Positions 41,801 to 49,265 of a DNA stretch of 64,000 nucleotides are shown here, in pieces. The first letter of the stretch is position 1, and each line of letters opens with the position of its first letter. The DNA comes from Parcubacteria group bacterium Gr01-1014_31 (lineage in GTDB: Bacteria; Patescibacteriota; Patescibacteriia; Buchananbacterales; GWA2-38-13). The notes below the pieces were generated by a model that ran no database searches, had not been told where the DNA came from, and saw only the letters and a program-made list of their open reading frames with translations. Both the position numbers and the translations under genes were made by a program. The stretch spans positions 21,745-85,744 of the forward strand of contig VMFR01000004.1 in assembly GCA_007376135.1 (NCBI GenBank), in the 5' to 3' direction.

Positions 41801-42589
41801 TTCCAGCCGGCTTAAGATCTGCTCCTCGTGGGCCTCGGCCTGCTTGGAGTAGAAGCTCGACCATACTCCGATGCCGATGCCAAAGTCATTCTGGTTGGGC
41901 GAGAACGAATCATGGATGATCTGGTCGAGCTTGGGCGGATTGTCGATGAACTGCTCCCAGTTGTCAGCCAGCTGTGTGAACGTACACGATGGTTCCGCCG
42001 GCGGCTGCGCGGCGTCCAAAAGCCCCAGGGACAGCTTTAACTTCAGGTCAAGCCGCGGCCGGCAGAGGTTGGGCAGCCCGACGCCTTCAGCGAACGACTG
42101 GATGAAGTGTCCGGCGGCCGAATCGCCGACGCGCGACAGGTACGCACCCCAGCCTTCCGTTTCATACAACGGCTTTTTTCCTTTACCACCCTCAGCTAAT
42201 TGCGTCGCCGTATCCACGGCCAGCCGCCGCAGAAAATAGCTCAAGGCGTTCTTATAGGCTACGGCCGCGGCGGTCTTCGCATACTTCTCCGCATTTTTTT
42301 TGATCCACTCCCAAACTTGCTGGAACAGATTCGGCTCGTCGCGATTATCCACTTCCTGGCCGGTGCGCGGCTGCGTTGGCGGGCTATCAAAGGAGCCGCC
42401 ATCACCGCTAAAAGTTGCCTCCCCGCCGCCATCAAAAGACCCGGCCCCGAAGCTTCCTTGGGCGAACGCAACCGGAGCAAGCGTGAAACTCTGAAGAGTA
42501 AACAGCGCAAGTAGCGACGCAGCACACCATTTCCGCCAGCGCAGGGCGCGACGGCGCGACGATCGAACCGAATATACCATCAGTCTCAT
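32843..42589 (-). CDS. Giant secreted cysteine-rich protein with CBM-like domains (3248 aa)
   Basis: Signal peptide; repeated CxGG...GxxCxxDxDC modules; NSGFE/NSSFE/NSNFE/DDFEDG starts of galactose-binding-like domains. Confidence 0.85.
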   Translation of the reverse strand: MRLMVYSVRSSRRRALRWRKWCAASLLALFTLQSFTLAPVAFAQGSFGAGSFDGGGEATFSGDGGSFDSPPTQPRTGQEVDNRDEPNLFQQVWEWIKKNAEKYAKTAAAVAYKNALSYFLRRLAVDTATQLAEGGKGKKPLYETEGWGAYLSRVGDSAAGHFIQSFAEGVGLPNLCRPRLDLKLKLSLGLLDAAQPPAEPSCTFTQLADNWEQFIDNPPKLDQIIHDSFSPNQNDFGIGIGVWSSFYSKQAEAHEEQILSRLESQGLKPVVDIAGNILTPGSLVKEWSADALSPGTLGDVYFTYTGEAVADAVDAFTSTLVSKMLQRLYTKGFGGGSSKPDKFNWSKLEGLRSPTADPNALRTDARQDFEAFFSTNLAIGDPRLNRMDVTSLLVGDGVINQSFKTAIDRKLTVRQAIQEGLLFADGPGSTFGYTRAGTQPTANDGYAHSSFVILRKYRILPVGWELAAAYIGQLEQRQAYSLNDIIRAFGNPDSPFYGLVDDGWVLKAPETYCRLTGPGDKFTSVYSREETIVQRNKPADPLTGQLPSYQFERRTVSRENTCTDTRSCIVEDANGTCRAYGLCTQETPVWKFAGTQCPPQYDSCRSYEDDANRAVSYLGDTLDAGGCDANAVGCQWYCRDFNVGSGVWSCVGEAERVRKPCQQLGRCSVSGRSCAQDAECPRGETCQGASCLATDVATGISCQIPYGAVACTVPRCGAAESFADNSGFETESADLSVQAGRVIFAASWSTNDVVGGGSRWQRIAGVNNQVAVGNYAVRIDPDGTVAQMVAQSDPLSVPPTANPPYTLTARIYSTLQFGRAYVEVVPSSSGGCSTIDADYAKGQWATVSCTTSDPLAGGRVRMVVEAVAGINPVGTVWFDEVRLERACPLQDVTVYLEGTQDADGSKLYFDRDIAACSQEESGCRALIPATQGLVNFIYNSSFEQWPDPSSRFPPNWERHGGDTAGDIVARETEGAAFGSTYLHYTDSDATSEDFRTAALPLLKSGATYQVSFFAKANTANVTWRAWLDSVDSGGTARSLELIADGLGVCDGGANPACRREADCTTAGAGSCHSPLPLTAEWQRFLFEPMAAPSGHREFRLRFGSTAASDIAVDGVHIVEVAPRAEPAALAYRDFISNPVVHLKTSPAYLGCTGDPQTDHSACSRYSQVCRADEVGCERYTPTNGEPPLPGITTAGDMCPAACVDYSAFSQTETFFADAVPSARQPDFLYFIADTARSCEARFAGCEQFTNLDEVARGGEGRGSYTYLRQCTKPDANVCRTYYTWVGSEVNGYQLKSYTLRRDVADRVPAVSGGTVGDTDEPDWVDAFLDLGQCATALDAVINPNCREFHATNGNVYYRLLRETVSCSDECHPFRLIDSSQGACEGSGGYWGVCGDDTDTDGDIDAPLANCLAQGGMQLVGGSDCFMHQDDCVGIGGQEFEPRNECIYQAVPNESIACPAAQSGCREYRGNAGGNLRTVWYDDFEDGDTLGWMVGSISSDAVTIGGHSIAGTTMETMRQATVCSNALPACVAGSTADCFDASTEPDTCRLFNTGQECRAKNLELGCGFLRERLVPGRNYQLTFWAKAQTGIVTVNVNMLGVDCGQDGTSCELKNNLRVLTDWEEYTTEPILVTSVNPVATLRLTTAGGTPVAVDFVSLTEVQEYSYLVKNSWRTPLICDTDPTLDPVRFPAPNSPQFALGCQEYTTSKGQVTYLKSFERLCRDSSVGCEEFVDTKNSTSALAEPFNVGHAQAEVTVPADTLAYYVRDLSKECAAAAEGCQAFGLPVQDARGQISGYQTRYLVNDPERYGVSLCTEDQVGCREYVSPQVGTVYFRDPGARTCEYKQIPHRQDFGWFITGSTSSVPDCPAITTRFGQTQPGKTCQGGDLEGQVCTSDADCSFKVCRGGGTFEGARCDSNIDCGTGVCETSGGDCRTWVGQCPAEYASCTAYVDPMSDPQAGMLPNSNFEGFFRVCSHDAQTVCRLDTDCSAASGGLRFCADGTLCSGPVDCGGEACELSVCSASKLNSWNLAGSPADHQRGEGVNRSSAVRVTAPTPAGTEVRQSLGLNGGTLYTVTASVKNSARDASIVVTTVDGSKRPIFTQFDHSVAIFSNGVLATRGDTVVLPVGGVTESTFRRFTGRFFVLESDRAVTVKIVNAGTYDDVDLKPTGVYHYLADSIERSSCNGVYDPAQGCVLVNDTSDPTLKYSTTATVAGQPPSVCQPQQCVGGTRPGAGCTSDGDCGAGGICRPGTCDSNLLVKVAPDRTCARWLDCISSRKQVSFRTGQVQEFCQQIATCDRLDSISGRCSSYPTEELQALTFDAGSVQLSQFFSGYAKVGFQWDADTKVDGYFPYGVMTQRKVCVAGNRGAACLEDADCHTGDERDGVCQPVLQVGTNPTEDLIFESCRVYPSGSAPRWTAQAPVDTGDEPAKSQIVDINDPLTDPLTGSLLSQTSLAEASECHYVQGRSEFLGLYGFCVEKDPRSPYLCLNWLPVDELTGGWVGITGWRGNLRASTFMCNESVILETRRPGRFELNHCYQTDFGWWGMFNPIGAIAETAANHAERNSMTCGTVSCPPGYLPEQRRSKCGNFFEPGIRCRWYCTPDQSDLYLTDTESNQWYDYKAREDASDRPTKKHLMFCPKCGATGLVLWDPEDPTTIFGFNSEEQRRVPTYWQRACHEVVQVVDEDGAQRGWQERLETVQDFLSADYQVPTLNYKVSDLAAPFGVIGRNFVGDPTKWPLVSDRVQAADFGHPYEYPGDQAGQVYFDHFYDRWSAAAGRLPNDSVEVASFHTARERLKRLFATSYGDWRWNGSAYETYTVPTNYCAGGPRSGDSCAPGSNDCVDSTSVCVKSGGYCAYYPTGEPENAETALNITCTSDTACAGNPKIFCATGRCGSFGDGNDLNDSEVPCRTTADCPGGGSETCDITGFIYGRCDDASPTYPLRGVACFNDEMCNTKSDGSGVGTCVGEDPDGQAPANGTYGYCSAGVNVLGACQNIGDCWNPAAHQASCVGQCSAGSAKNPGTCITDVECQVSGSCQETTAWRPPADRCRDNIRPSRFTETPLTDPDGSGDWCGVSPEVFNVKIENAEAPIFYIVGQGNVTLSFNVKVDNDQLPLRLLRVRWDMENRDTMVTDNDWRSGLRDKSDPADPFQFTHTYKYVQTTCDKGVLPGGSGTPDGYCDFQVGVLVRDNWCWCSNAIFADVNTTNLACNTCPDDGTPAIADDNNGAWVEARSALVRVCDSARPELCGR

Positions 42590-43404
42590 GGGCTTTCCGT
42601 GCCTCCTCGCAACGCTTCGAGCATCATCTGCTGGAGCTGTTCATCGGACAGTCGGTCAAGCGTTTCCTTGGGCAACCCCTGCTGGAGCAGCAACTGACGT
42701 AGGCCATCACCGGTGGGCGGTTGACCATCCGGCGCAGAGGGCGCCGTCCCGGACGCGGCCACGCCGGAGGACGCTTGCTCCTGTACGACTTCTCGGTATA
42801 CCTCTTCCAACTGCTGGTCGGAAAATCCGGCAAGCAATTCATCCGAAAGCCCAGCGCGCCGCAGCTGGTCGCGGACCGCAACTGGGTCGAATCCCGGGGC
42901 GCCGACCGAAGGGATGGCCGCTGGAGTTGGCGCAATTTCCGGTGCGACCGCCGTCACACAGGTTTGCCCCTCAGGGCAAGTCGGGTCCGTTCCCGCGGTC
43001 ACTTCGGCGCGGTCGGGCTGGCCGTCGGAATCGGTGTCTTCAAGATACGCCGACGTGCCAAGCGCCTGTTCCTCAAGGTCGGTCAGACCATCGCCATCGG
43101 TATCGGGAGCCTCACCGAGCGCCAACGATGCCGGGTTGAGCGCCGTAAAATCGCTCAAGCTCGGCGGCGCCAACTGGGAAATCCTTGCCACCGGGAAGCG
43201 CAGGCTGGCGCGCAGCTGCACCACCCCTACCACCAGCGTCAACACGCCAAATCCGATGGTCAGCGGCGCCACAACATTGGCGAAACGAAAACGTTCCCTG
43301 CGGTTCGCTTTGGGGCGCGAACCGGCGCGACCGTTCCCCGACTGGCGGTAAATCTCCTCCAGTACCGTCAGCGTACGTTCCGAATTTTGCCCGCTCAAAG
43401 ACAT
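42586..43404 (-). CDS. Membrane-anchored thrombospondin type-3-like Ca-binding repeat protein
   Basis: TM; DTDGDGLTDLEE..GTS..DTDSDGQPDRAEV..GTDP. Confidence 0.75.
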   Translation of the reverse strand: MSLSGQNSERTLTVLEEIYRQSGNGRAGSRPKANRRERFRFANVVAPLTIGFGVLTLVVGVVQLRASLRFPVARISQLAPPSLSDFTALNPASLALGEAPDTDGDGLTDLEEQALGTSAYLEDTDSDGQPDRAEVTAGTDPTCPEGQTCVTAVAPEIAPTPAAIPSVGAPGFDPVAVRDQLRRAGLSDELLAGFSDQQLEEVYREVVQEQASSGVAASGTAPSAPDGQPPTGDGLRQLLLQQGLPKETLDRLSDEQLQQMMLEALRGGTESP

Positions 43405-43518
43405 TTTTGCCCGCTCAAATATCGAGAAATTACGTCAGAAAAACACCCAAAATACGGGGTTTGTACACCATCCCCAGAATATGAAGCAATTATAACAAAT
43501 TTCCGACTATGCGGAAAC

Positions 43519-43543
43519 AAAAAAAGACCCCCGAAAGGGCCTT
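43519..43543 (-). terminator. Intrinsic terminator after rsmA
   Basis: Minus strand AAGGCCCT-TTCG-GGGGTCTT-TTTTT. Confidence 0.7.
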
Positions 43544-44420
43544 AATTAAGATAATTTTTTACCTTTTTGGCAAGAGTTATCCACTGGGGGACGGTCAGCT
43601 CCTGGGCACGGGCATTTGGCGTCAAATCGCAAGACCGAATCATTTCGTCCAGCGACATTTTGCCTTGCCGATGCGCTGAGGAGAGAGCGGCCCACGCCCG
43701 CAGGTTGTTCGTCAGCGTTTTGCGGCGTGAAGCAAATCCGATCTTGCATACCCGCAGGACGGTTTCCGCCTCCAGCCCATCGCCGCACAACGTTGCCAGC
43801 TCGGGAAGCGAGCGCAGGCGCAGACGGACAATGGCGGAATCAACCGCCGGCACGGGCCAAAAACTTTTTCGCGGTACCGAGGCAACGATTTCCATGTCGG
43901 CATGGAGCTGGCACAGCACGGAAAGCATGCTCATCTTCCCCGGCGGCGTCGTCATGCGCTCGGCCACCTCGCGCTGCACCATTAGGACAGCGAGCTGTGG
44001 TCGCGGTACCTCGGTCAAAAGACGCCGCAGGAACCTCCCGGTAATCCCGTAGGGCAGGTTGCTGATCGCCTTGAACCCGTCAGGCACGCCAAGCGCAAGC
44101 CAGTCCAAGCGCAGCGCATTCCCTTGATGGAGGGAAACGTTCGCATGACTCGCGAGCAGTTCGCGCGCCGCCGCGGCAAGCGTCGGGTCCGCCTCAATGG
44201 CGACTACTCGACCGGCCTGCGGAGCGAGCGCCTGCGTGAGTGTGCCGAAGCCCGGCCCGACCTCCAATACGACGTCGCTCAATGTCAATTCGCCCGCCGC
44301 CACCGCCGCGGACAAAGCCGCCCCGTCCACCAAAAAATTCTGTCCGGCGCTAGCACTTGGACGTACGCCAAAACGGCGGCACAGCTCTCGCAGATCGTCG
44401 GGATCGGTAAGCGTTGGCAT
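43542..44420 (-). CDS. rsmA: 16S rRNA m6,2A dimethyltransferase RsmA/KsgA
   Basis: GQNFL, LEVGPGFG, NLPY, FWPVPAVDS, RRKTL. Confidence 0.93.
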   Translation of the reverse strand: MPTLTDPDDLRELCRRFGVRPSASAGQNFLVDGAALSAAVAAGELTLSDVVLEVGPGFGTLTQALAPQAGRVVAIEADPTLAAAARELLASHANVSLHQGNALRLDWLALGVPDGFKAISNLPYGITGRFLRRLLTEVPRPQLAVLMVQREVAERMTTPPGKMSMLSVLCQLHADMEIVASVPRKSFWPVPAVDSAIVRLRLRSLPELATLCGDGLEAETVLRVCKIGFASRRKTLTNNLRAWAALSSAHRQGKMSLDEMIRSCDLTPNARAQELTVPQWITLAKKVKNYLN

Positions 44421-44570
44421 ACCCGGTAGGACAACGGTCAAACGGTATTGTTCTCAAAATGAATTTAAGTACTCCCGTCCTGGTTGAGGTGTTCTACCAC
44501 CCGTCCGTTGTACTGCCGGGCATACCCTTAACCACCACGGTGTTCCCATGGTATACTCGTGGCAGACAAC

Positions 44571-44975
44571 ATGGCTATGAAAAAATTACTTTTTGCGCGA
44601 TTACACTGGGGAGTGGCACTGGGAATTATCTCATTGGCGACCATGGTCGCGGGAACGCTGGTCGCCTACCAGTCGGTCGGCGCCTTCGGCTTGAACGTCG
44701 GCGGCCGAATCACTTTTGCACAACCATGCGTGGTTGACAATATCTCACTGCGTTGCGAGGAATGCGCCCTCTGCTCCAACCTCCTCGGACCAGCTTGCGG
44801 CGGGTACACCGAGATCCAGTGGATCCCCAGCGGCGGAACACCCGGACAAAATTATATTTGCGTCCCGAAAGGCTACCTCTACCGCGGCGGCGGAAAGCAG
44901 CCCCGCATCGGCGCGTGGCTCTGGGCCAAAATGTTAGCGCCGCAAATTCCGATCCAGGTCGGCATCAGCCCTTAG
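44571..44975 (+). CDS. Small secreted/membrane Cys-containing hypothetical protein
   Basis: TGGTATACT at 44549-44557 upstream; TM plus 6 Cys; 3' end overlaps tsaC. Confidence 0.6.
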   Translation: MAMKKLLFARLHWGVALGIISLATMVAGTLVAYQSVGAFGLNVGGRITFAQPCVVDNISLRCEECALCSNLLGPACGGYTEIQWIPSGGTPGQNYICVPKGYLYRGGGKQPRIGAWLWAKMLAPQIPIQVGISP

Positions 44976-45548
44976 CCGAACCGATCCCGCCCGAATGATT
45001 TTCAGCGCTCCGCGCCCGTCAACCCGCACCACGGTTGACGGCTTTCTTTTTGGTAACGTCCCTCCATTCAGGAGCAGGTCAGGCGGTATCTCTCGTAATT
45101 GGCTGCATACAGCCGAAAAACGGTACGGCGTTCTCCCCCCCGTACGATTGGCGGAACTCGCGATGAGCGGTGCCCCCGCACGCTGCGCTAACTGTCGCGC
45201 AAGAGAATGTGCAGGTACTCGCACCGCAAAACGACGGCTGACGACGATAGAGAGCGGCCCTGGCCAAAAACGGCGTGCCAATGCCAGTGCCGCGGGCCGC
45301 AGCCAAAAGTGACGCTGCACCTGGGCGAGGCTGGCGGCAACTAACGTGAATCGACGGTCGCTTCGACCCTTTATCTCCAACACACGACGGGTTACCGCCG
45401 ACCGGTCATAACGGCCGCCCACGGCATAGGCAGTATCCGTCGGGAATACGATAACCCCGCCGCGGCGCAGCGTACGGCCGATGTCGCGTAGCTCGGAGGG
45501 ACGCAAGCGCCGGCAATTCAATGTTTGGATTTCCTGCCGCATAACCAC
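44934..45548 (-). CDS. tsaC: L-threonylcarbamoyladenylate synthase (TsaC/Sua5/YrdC)
   Basis: FPTDTAY, IKGR, FWPGPLS, AVRVP, SSAN, PSTV. Confidence 0.9.
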   Translation of the reverse strand: MVMRQEIQTLNCRRLRPSELRDIGRTLRRGGVIVFPTDTAYAVGGRYDRSAVTRRVLEIKGRSDRRFTLVAASLAQVQRHFWLRPAALALARRFWPGPLSIVVSRRFAVRVPAHSLARQLAQRAGAPLIASSANRTGGRTPYRFSAVCSQLREIPPDLLLNGGTLPKRKPSTVVRVDGRGALKIIRAGSVRLRADADLDRNLRR

Positions 45549-45616
45549 CGCCCATACGAACGTGGCTGAAATCCGCGATTTCAGCCACGTCGTGCGTTAT
45601 CGCCTTCAGCAAAAGT

Positions 45617-46447
45617 CTAGTACGGGACGGCACCTTCCGGAGTGTTTGCCACATCCTTCACGCAGAACGCCTCAACCGATGCCCTGCAACTGTTGATTTT
45701 ATGGCCGGTGACATCAAAGCCCAGCCATTCACCAAGCAGCGCGACAACCTCGGGCGGTATGTCAACGCATGTTGGCGTATCAGTTTTTGGTGGTTTAGGT
45801 TTATAGTACCGCTTGCAAGGGTTGGCACAGGTAAACTTCTGCATTTCGGTTGCCAGCGTTACCTGGGCCTCGGTACAGATGGCGGTATTATTATTCGCCG
45901 AACATTGCGGAACGGTTCGGGTTGCATCCCCGACGATGGTTTTTGATTTTACGCAAGTAACAACCAGCGGCGGAGTCGTCACAGTCTTACTGCCGGATTT
46001 TTTGGAGGTAGTGCCGTCCGCTCCCATCGCCGCGACCTGGAGCAGGTACGTGGTACCAACGGAAAGATAATTCAAACCGTAGAACCCAGACGCGACGGGA
46101 ACGAAAGTCTCAAACACCGATCCGGAGTTATATACCCGATACTCCGTCGCGCCGGCAACCGCGTCCCATTGCAGCACGGCGTGGGTCGTTCCCACGCTGG
46201 ATACCCCAAAATTACCAGGTGTTGCAAGGACCGGAACCGGCGTTGGGCTCGGGGACGGAGTCGGCGTGACCGTCGCATAGTACGCGATACGCACCTGGCC
46301 GCTGTTGTTGCGCGCGGAAATAACGCCGAGCGCTGCGGCAAATACACCAAGAGGCACGGCCAGCGCCGCAGCGATGATGACTTGCGACACAATAAGTGAA
46401 GTTTCGGTCGCCTCTCGGGTCTTTGTCCTCACCGCTACCTGGCGCAT
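45617..46447 (-). CDS. Membrane-anchored FN3 plus Cys-rich protein; paralog of 55147..55764
   Basis: TPGNF..LQWDAVAGATEYRVY..LSVGTTYLLQVAA FN3 pattern; N-terminus shared with the paralog. Confidence 0.75.
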   Translation of the reverse strand: MRQVAVRTKTREATETSLIVSQVIIAAALAVPLGVFAAALGVISARNNSGQVRIAYYATVTPTPSPSPTPVPVLATPGNFGVSSVGTTHAVLQWDAVAGATEYRVYNSGSVFETFVPVASGFYGLNYLSVGTTYLLQVAAMGADGTTSKKSGSKTVTTPPLVVTCVKSKTIVGDATRTVPQCSANNNTAICTEAQVTLATEMQKFTCANPCKRYYKPKPPKTDTPTCVDIPPEVVALLGEWLGFDVTGHKINSCRASVEAFCVKDVANTPEGAVPY

Positions 46448-46536
46448 ACGTTGCTCCGTTAAAATAATTATCCCCGCAGTTTATTATACCATAAAATCAT
46501 TACCCTGTCGGCTTCAATATCTTCCGTGTGGATAAG

Positions 46537-47529
46537 CTAGCGGTGAACGAATGCCGCCGCCCGACGAATGGATCGAAACAACGCGTACTCCCAGGGACGC
46601 ACCGGCAGCTCCCAAAGACCGCTGTAGCTGGTGAAGGCCGTCTCCGGAGCAAACCCCTGCTTGAAGCGGGTGATGCCGGCCCACGCCGCATTGGTCAAAG
46701 AAACGCCGCCGAAATTATAGGCACGGCATTTTTTTCTCTGCGCCAAAGCGATTCCCTCGGCGTGCAGCGCATACGGCGCCATCAATTCCTGCTGCGAATC
46801 CGTGCTGCCGCCATGCAGAAAGGTGAGCACGCCGTTGAATTCCGCCAGCATTGCGCACGCCAGCACGATATCGCTTCCGTAGGCTGTTAACAGGTGAACT
46901 TCGGGGAGGGTACGGGCAATTTCCAGGTAATAACGCCGGGGGTGCGGCCGGATGCCCTGGCGGACAGCGGTCGCGGAAAGCAGCCGCCAAAAATCCTCAA
47001 AGATTGCTCCGTCCGGGACAACGGACTGTACGCGTATGCCGTGGCGCTGGGCGAGACGGATATTGTAGCGGGTCTTCTGCTTCATGGCGGACAGCAGGAC
47101 ATCCATGGGTTTATGCACGTCGATGATCAACTCTTCGTGGGGCTGTACAGCTCCCGCCACTGAAGAAAAACCGGGAGCCGACCACGGGAGTGTTGCCGGG
47201 GCGTCCACGCGCACAAAAACCGCGCCGGCGCGGCTGGCAACACCGTGAATCCCGGCGACCAGCGCTGCTGACGCCTGACCGGAGGAACAGGGTCGAGGGC
47301 AGTACCAGTAGCGACGGTGGAACGGTAAAGCGTGCTCAAACAGCTGCCAACCGGCAACCAAACGGCCGTTCTCCAGCTGCGCCGCGTGGCGCACCGGCCG
47401 GTGGTAAGCGCGCTGCACTTCTCCCCACCCGAACGACTGGAGCAGTCCTCCATCGGGGCCGGCATTGGACGCGACGTACTGGTCCCAGGCCGCGCGATCG
47501 GAGAAATCGGCGACGAATTCCTTGGACAT
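46537..47529 (-). CDS. FemABX-family peptidoglycan bridge peptidyltransferase
   Basis: LLQSFGWG, MKQKTRYNIRLA, YNFGG, GITRFKQGF; start placed at ATG 47529. Confidence 0.85.
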   Translation of the reverse strand: MSKEFVADFSDRAAWDQYVASNAGPDGGLLQSFGWGEVQRAYHRPVRHAAQLENGRLVAGWQLFEHALPFHRRYWYCPRPCSSGQASAALVAGIHGVASRAGAVFVRVDAPATLPWSAPGFSSVAGAVQPHEELIIDVHKPMDVLLSAMKQKTRYNIRLAQRHGIRVQSVVPDGAIFEDFWRLLSATAVRQGIRPHPRRYYLEIARTLPEVHLLTAYGSDIVLACAMLAEFNGVLTFLHGGSTDSQQELMAPYALHAEGIALAQRKKCRAYNFGGVSLTNAAWAGITRFKQGFAPETAFTSYSGLWELPVRPWEYALFRSIRRAAAFVHR

Positions 47530-47537
47530 AGGCAGCC

Positions 47538-49265
47538 TTACGGCAGCTTCCCCCGCAGCGTGCCGATAGGAATTTTCTCCAATGTGGCGGTGGTCGCCCC
47601 CAGACTGCGGTACCGCATCAGCCAGTAGGCCGCATCGCCGTCCCGCAGATAGTACCGATGGCCATCCGCGGGATTGAGGTACCACGCCTCGCCGGATTCA
47701 TCGACCGACAGCAGGATATGGCCGGATAAACGCTTGACCAGCGCCGCGTCGCCGCGGTCATCGGTGCCGGCGCGCGGAATTTCAGCCAGGTCTGCCGCGC
47801 TCACGCCAAGGCTCAGGTACCGCATCGCGGCATAGGCGATCTTCCCGTTGCGGAGGTAGTAGCGCTCCCCGCGCGTCGGGTGCACCCACCAGGCTTCCCC
47901 GCGCCGGTCCACCTGCAGGAGGATCTTGCCGGCCACGCGCTGGACCAGCCGGCGGTCGATGGTACGGGCGGTCGGCGGCCGCAACGGGTCGTACCCCGCG
48001 GCCACCTCCTGTCCGTCATCATAGCTGTCGTAGTCGGTGTCCGGATCGCCCGGGTCGGTCCCGTACTGTAGTTCATCGTAGTTTCGCAACCGATCGTGGT
48101 CGGGGTCCATGCGCTTGAGCAGTTCTTCGCCGCGCACTGTCAGCACGCTGCCGCGGGCGAAACCCGCAAGCGCGCTGGCCGGAACCAGCAGAATATCATC
48201 GCCGGAGAGGCCCAGCTCCTCGGGGGTGACGGTACTCTCGAGCGGCAAAAGGCTTCCGCCCTCCACCAGAAAAATGGTGCCGCTGCCATCGGTCACCAGG
48301 CTGCCGTCCGACGGCGGTGGCAAGAGCGCTGCGGAAACGACGGCGGACGCGCTGCTATTGGCCGCATGGTCGTAGGTGAACGCGGCGTACGTGTAGGTCG
48401 TGCCGGCCGCAACCGCGGCATCCGCGGTACTCGTCCCGAGGCCAATGAACACGGAGGTACCGTCCGTCGGGCTCGAGGGCGTGCTGCCGCTGGCGCGAAC
48501 GATCGCGACGCGCACGATCCCGGGGTCTGAAGGCATGGTCCATCGCAGGGTGATGTCCCCGTACCCCGACACGGCGTAAAAATCGGCGACGGACGCTGGT
48601 GGGGTCTCATCGGACGCCGTTCCCTGCCCATCGGGAGTGCTGGCCTCCGGCGGCAACGTTTGCGTCGAAATGACCGAGGACTGGGCGACCACGCTGCCGG
48701 CAGCGTCAATGACGCGTACCCCAAAATAATACGTCGTTGCCGGTTGCAGGCCGATGGCCGTGTACGTTTCTTGCGCCCCCGGAAACCCGGGCGATGGCGC
48801 CCCGGACAGAAAAGTCGCGCTGTCCATGGATGCCGCATCAAGCGGCGTTGCCGAACTGCGCAGATCGTAGCGGTAGGTCACGCCGGGAAGCACCGGGAAT
48901 TGTGCGGCGGTCCACCGCAGATCCACGGAAACGGCCCGGACCGTCGCCGCCGTGAGGTCCGTGATGACCGCCACGGACGGCGAGATACAGGATTGCTCGT
49001 CGATATTCGCATCACAGTTATCATCGACGGCGTTGCCGCAGCGCTCCAACAGCTGGGGGGATACGAACGGATTGCCGTCGTCGCAATCACCTTGTGCCGC
49101 GGTCACCCCATCCCCATCCCCGTCGCTGGCGGTCGTCTGGGTCGGGTTGCCGCAAGTCAAAATATCCGGCGGGCACAGCGGTGGCAATGCCCACGCGGTC
49201 AGTGCGAACGACGCGATGGCGCCCGCGCCTGCCACCGCCGCCAGCTTCCGTCCGGCAAACCTCAT
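47538..49265 (-). CDS. Secreted multidomain protein (MopE-like DCDD motif, 2 FN3, TSP3-like, tandem C-terminal repeat)
   Basis: DGDGDG..GDCDD..ERCGNAVDDNCD; LQPATTYYFGVR; DPDTDYDSYDDGQEV; two copies of G(K/H)ILL.VD..GEAW..P..G.RYYLR.G..AY..MR..SLG. Confidence 0.8.
   Translation of the reverse strand: MRFAGRKLAAVAGAGAIASFALTAWALPPLCPPDILTCGNPTQTTASDGDGDGVTAAQGDCDDGNPFVSPQLLERCGNAVDDNCDANIDEQSCISPSVAVITDLTAATVRAVSVDLRWTAAQFPVLPGVTYRYDLRSSATPLDAASMDSATFLSGAPSPGFPGAQETYTAIGLQPATTYYFGVRVIDAAGSVVAQSSVISTQTLPPEASTPDGQGTASDETPPASVADFYAVSGYGDITLRWTMPSDPGIVRVAIVRASGSTPSSPTDGTSVFIGLGTSTADAAVAAGTTYTYAAFTYDHAANSSASAVVSAALLPPPSDGSLVTDGSGTIFLVEGGSLLPLESTVTPEELGLSGDDILLVPASALAGFARGSVLTVRGEELLKRMDPDHDRLRNYDELQYGTDPGDPDTDYDSYDDGQEVAAGYDPLRPPTARTIDRRLVQRVAGKILLQVDRRGEAWWVHPTRGERYYLRNGKIAYAAMRYLSLGVSAADLAEIPRAGTDDRGDAALVKRLSGHILLSVDESGEAWYLNPADGHRYYLRDGDAAYWLMRYRSLGATTATLEKIPIGTLRGKLP

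Noticed and set aside
17716-43404. Integrative conjugative element or prophage
   Set aside because: No integrase, relaxase, att pair or phage genes seen; flanked by core genes with similar composition.
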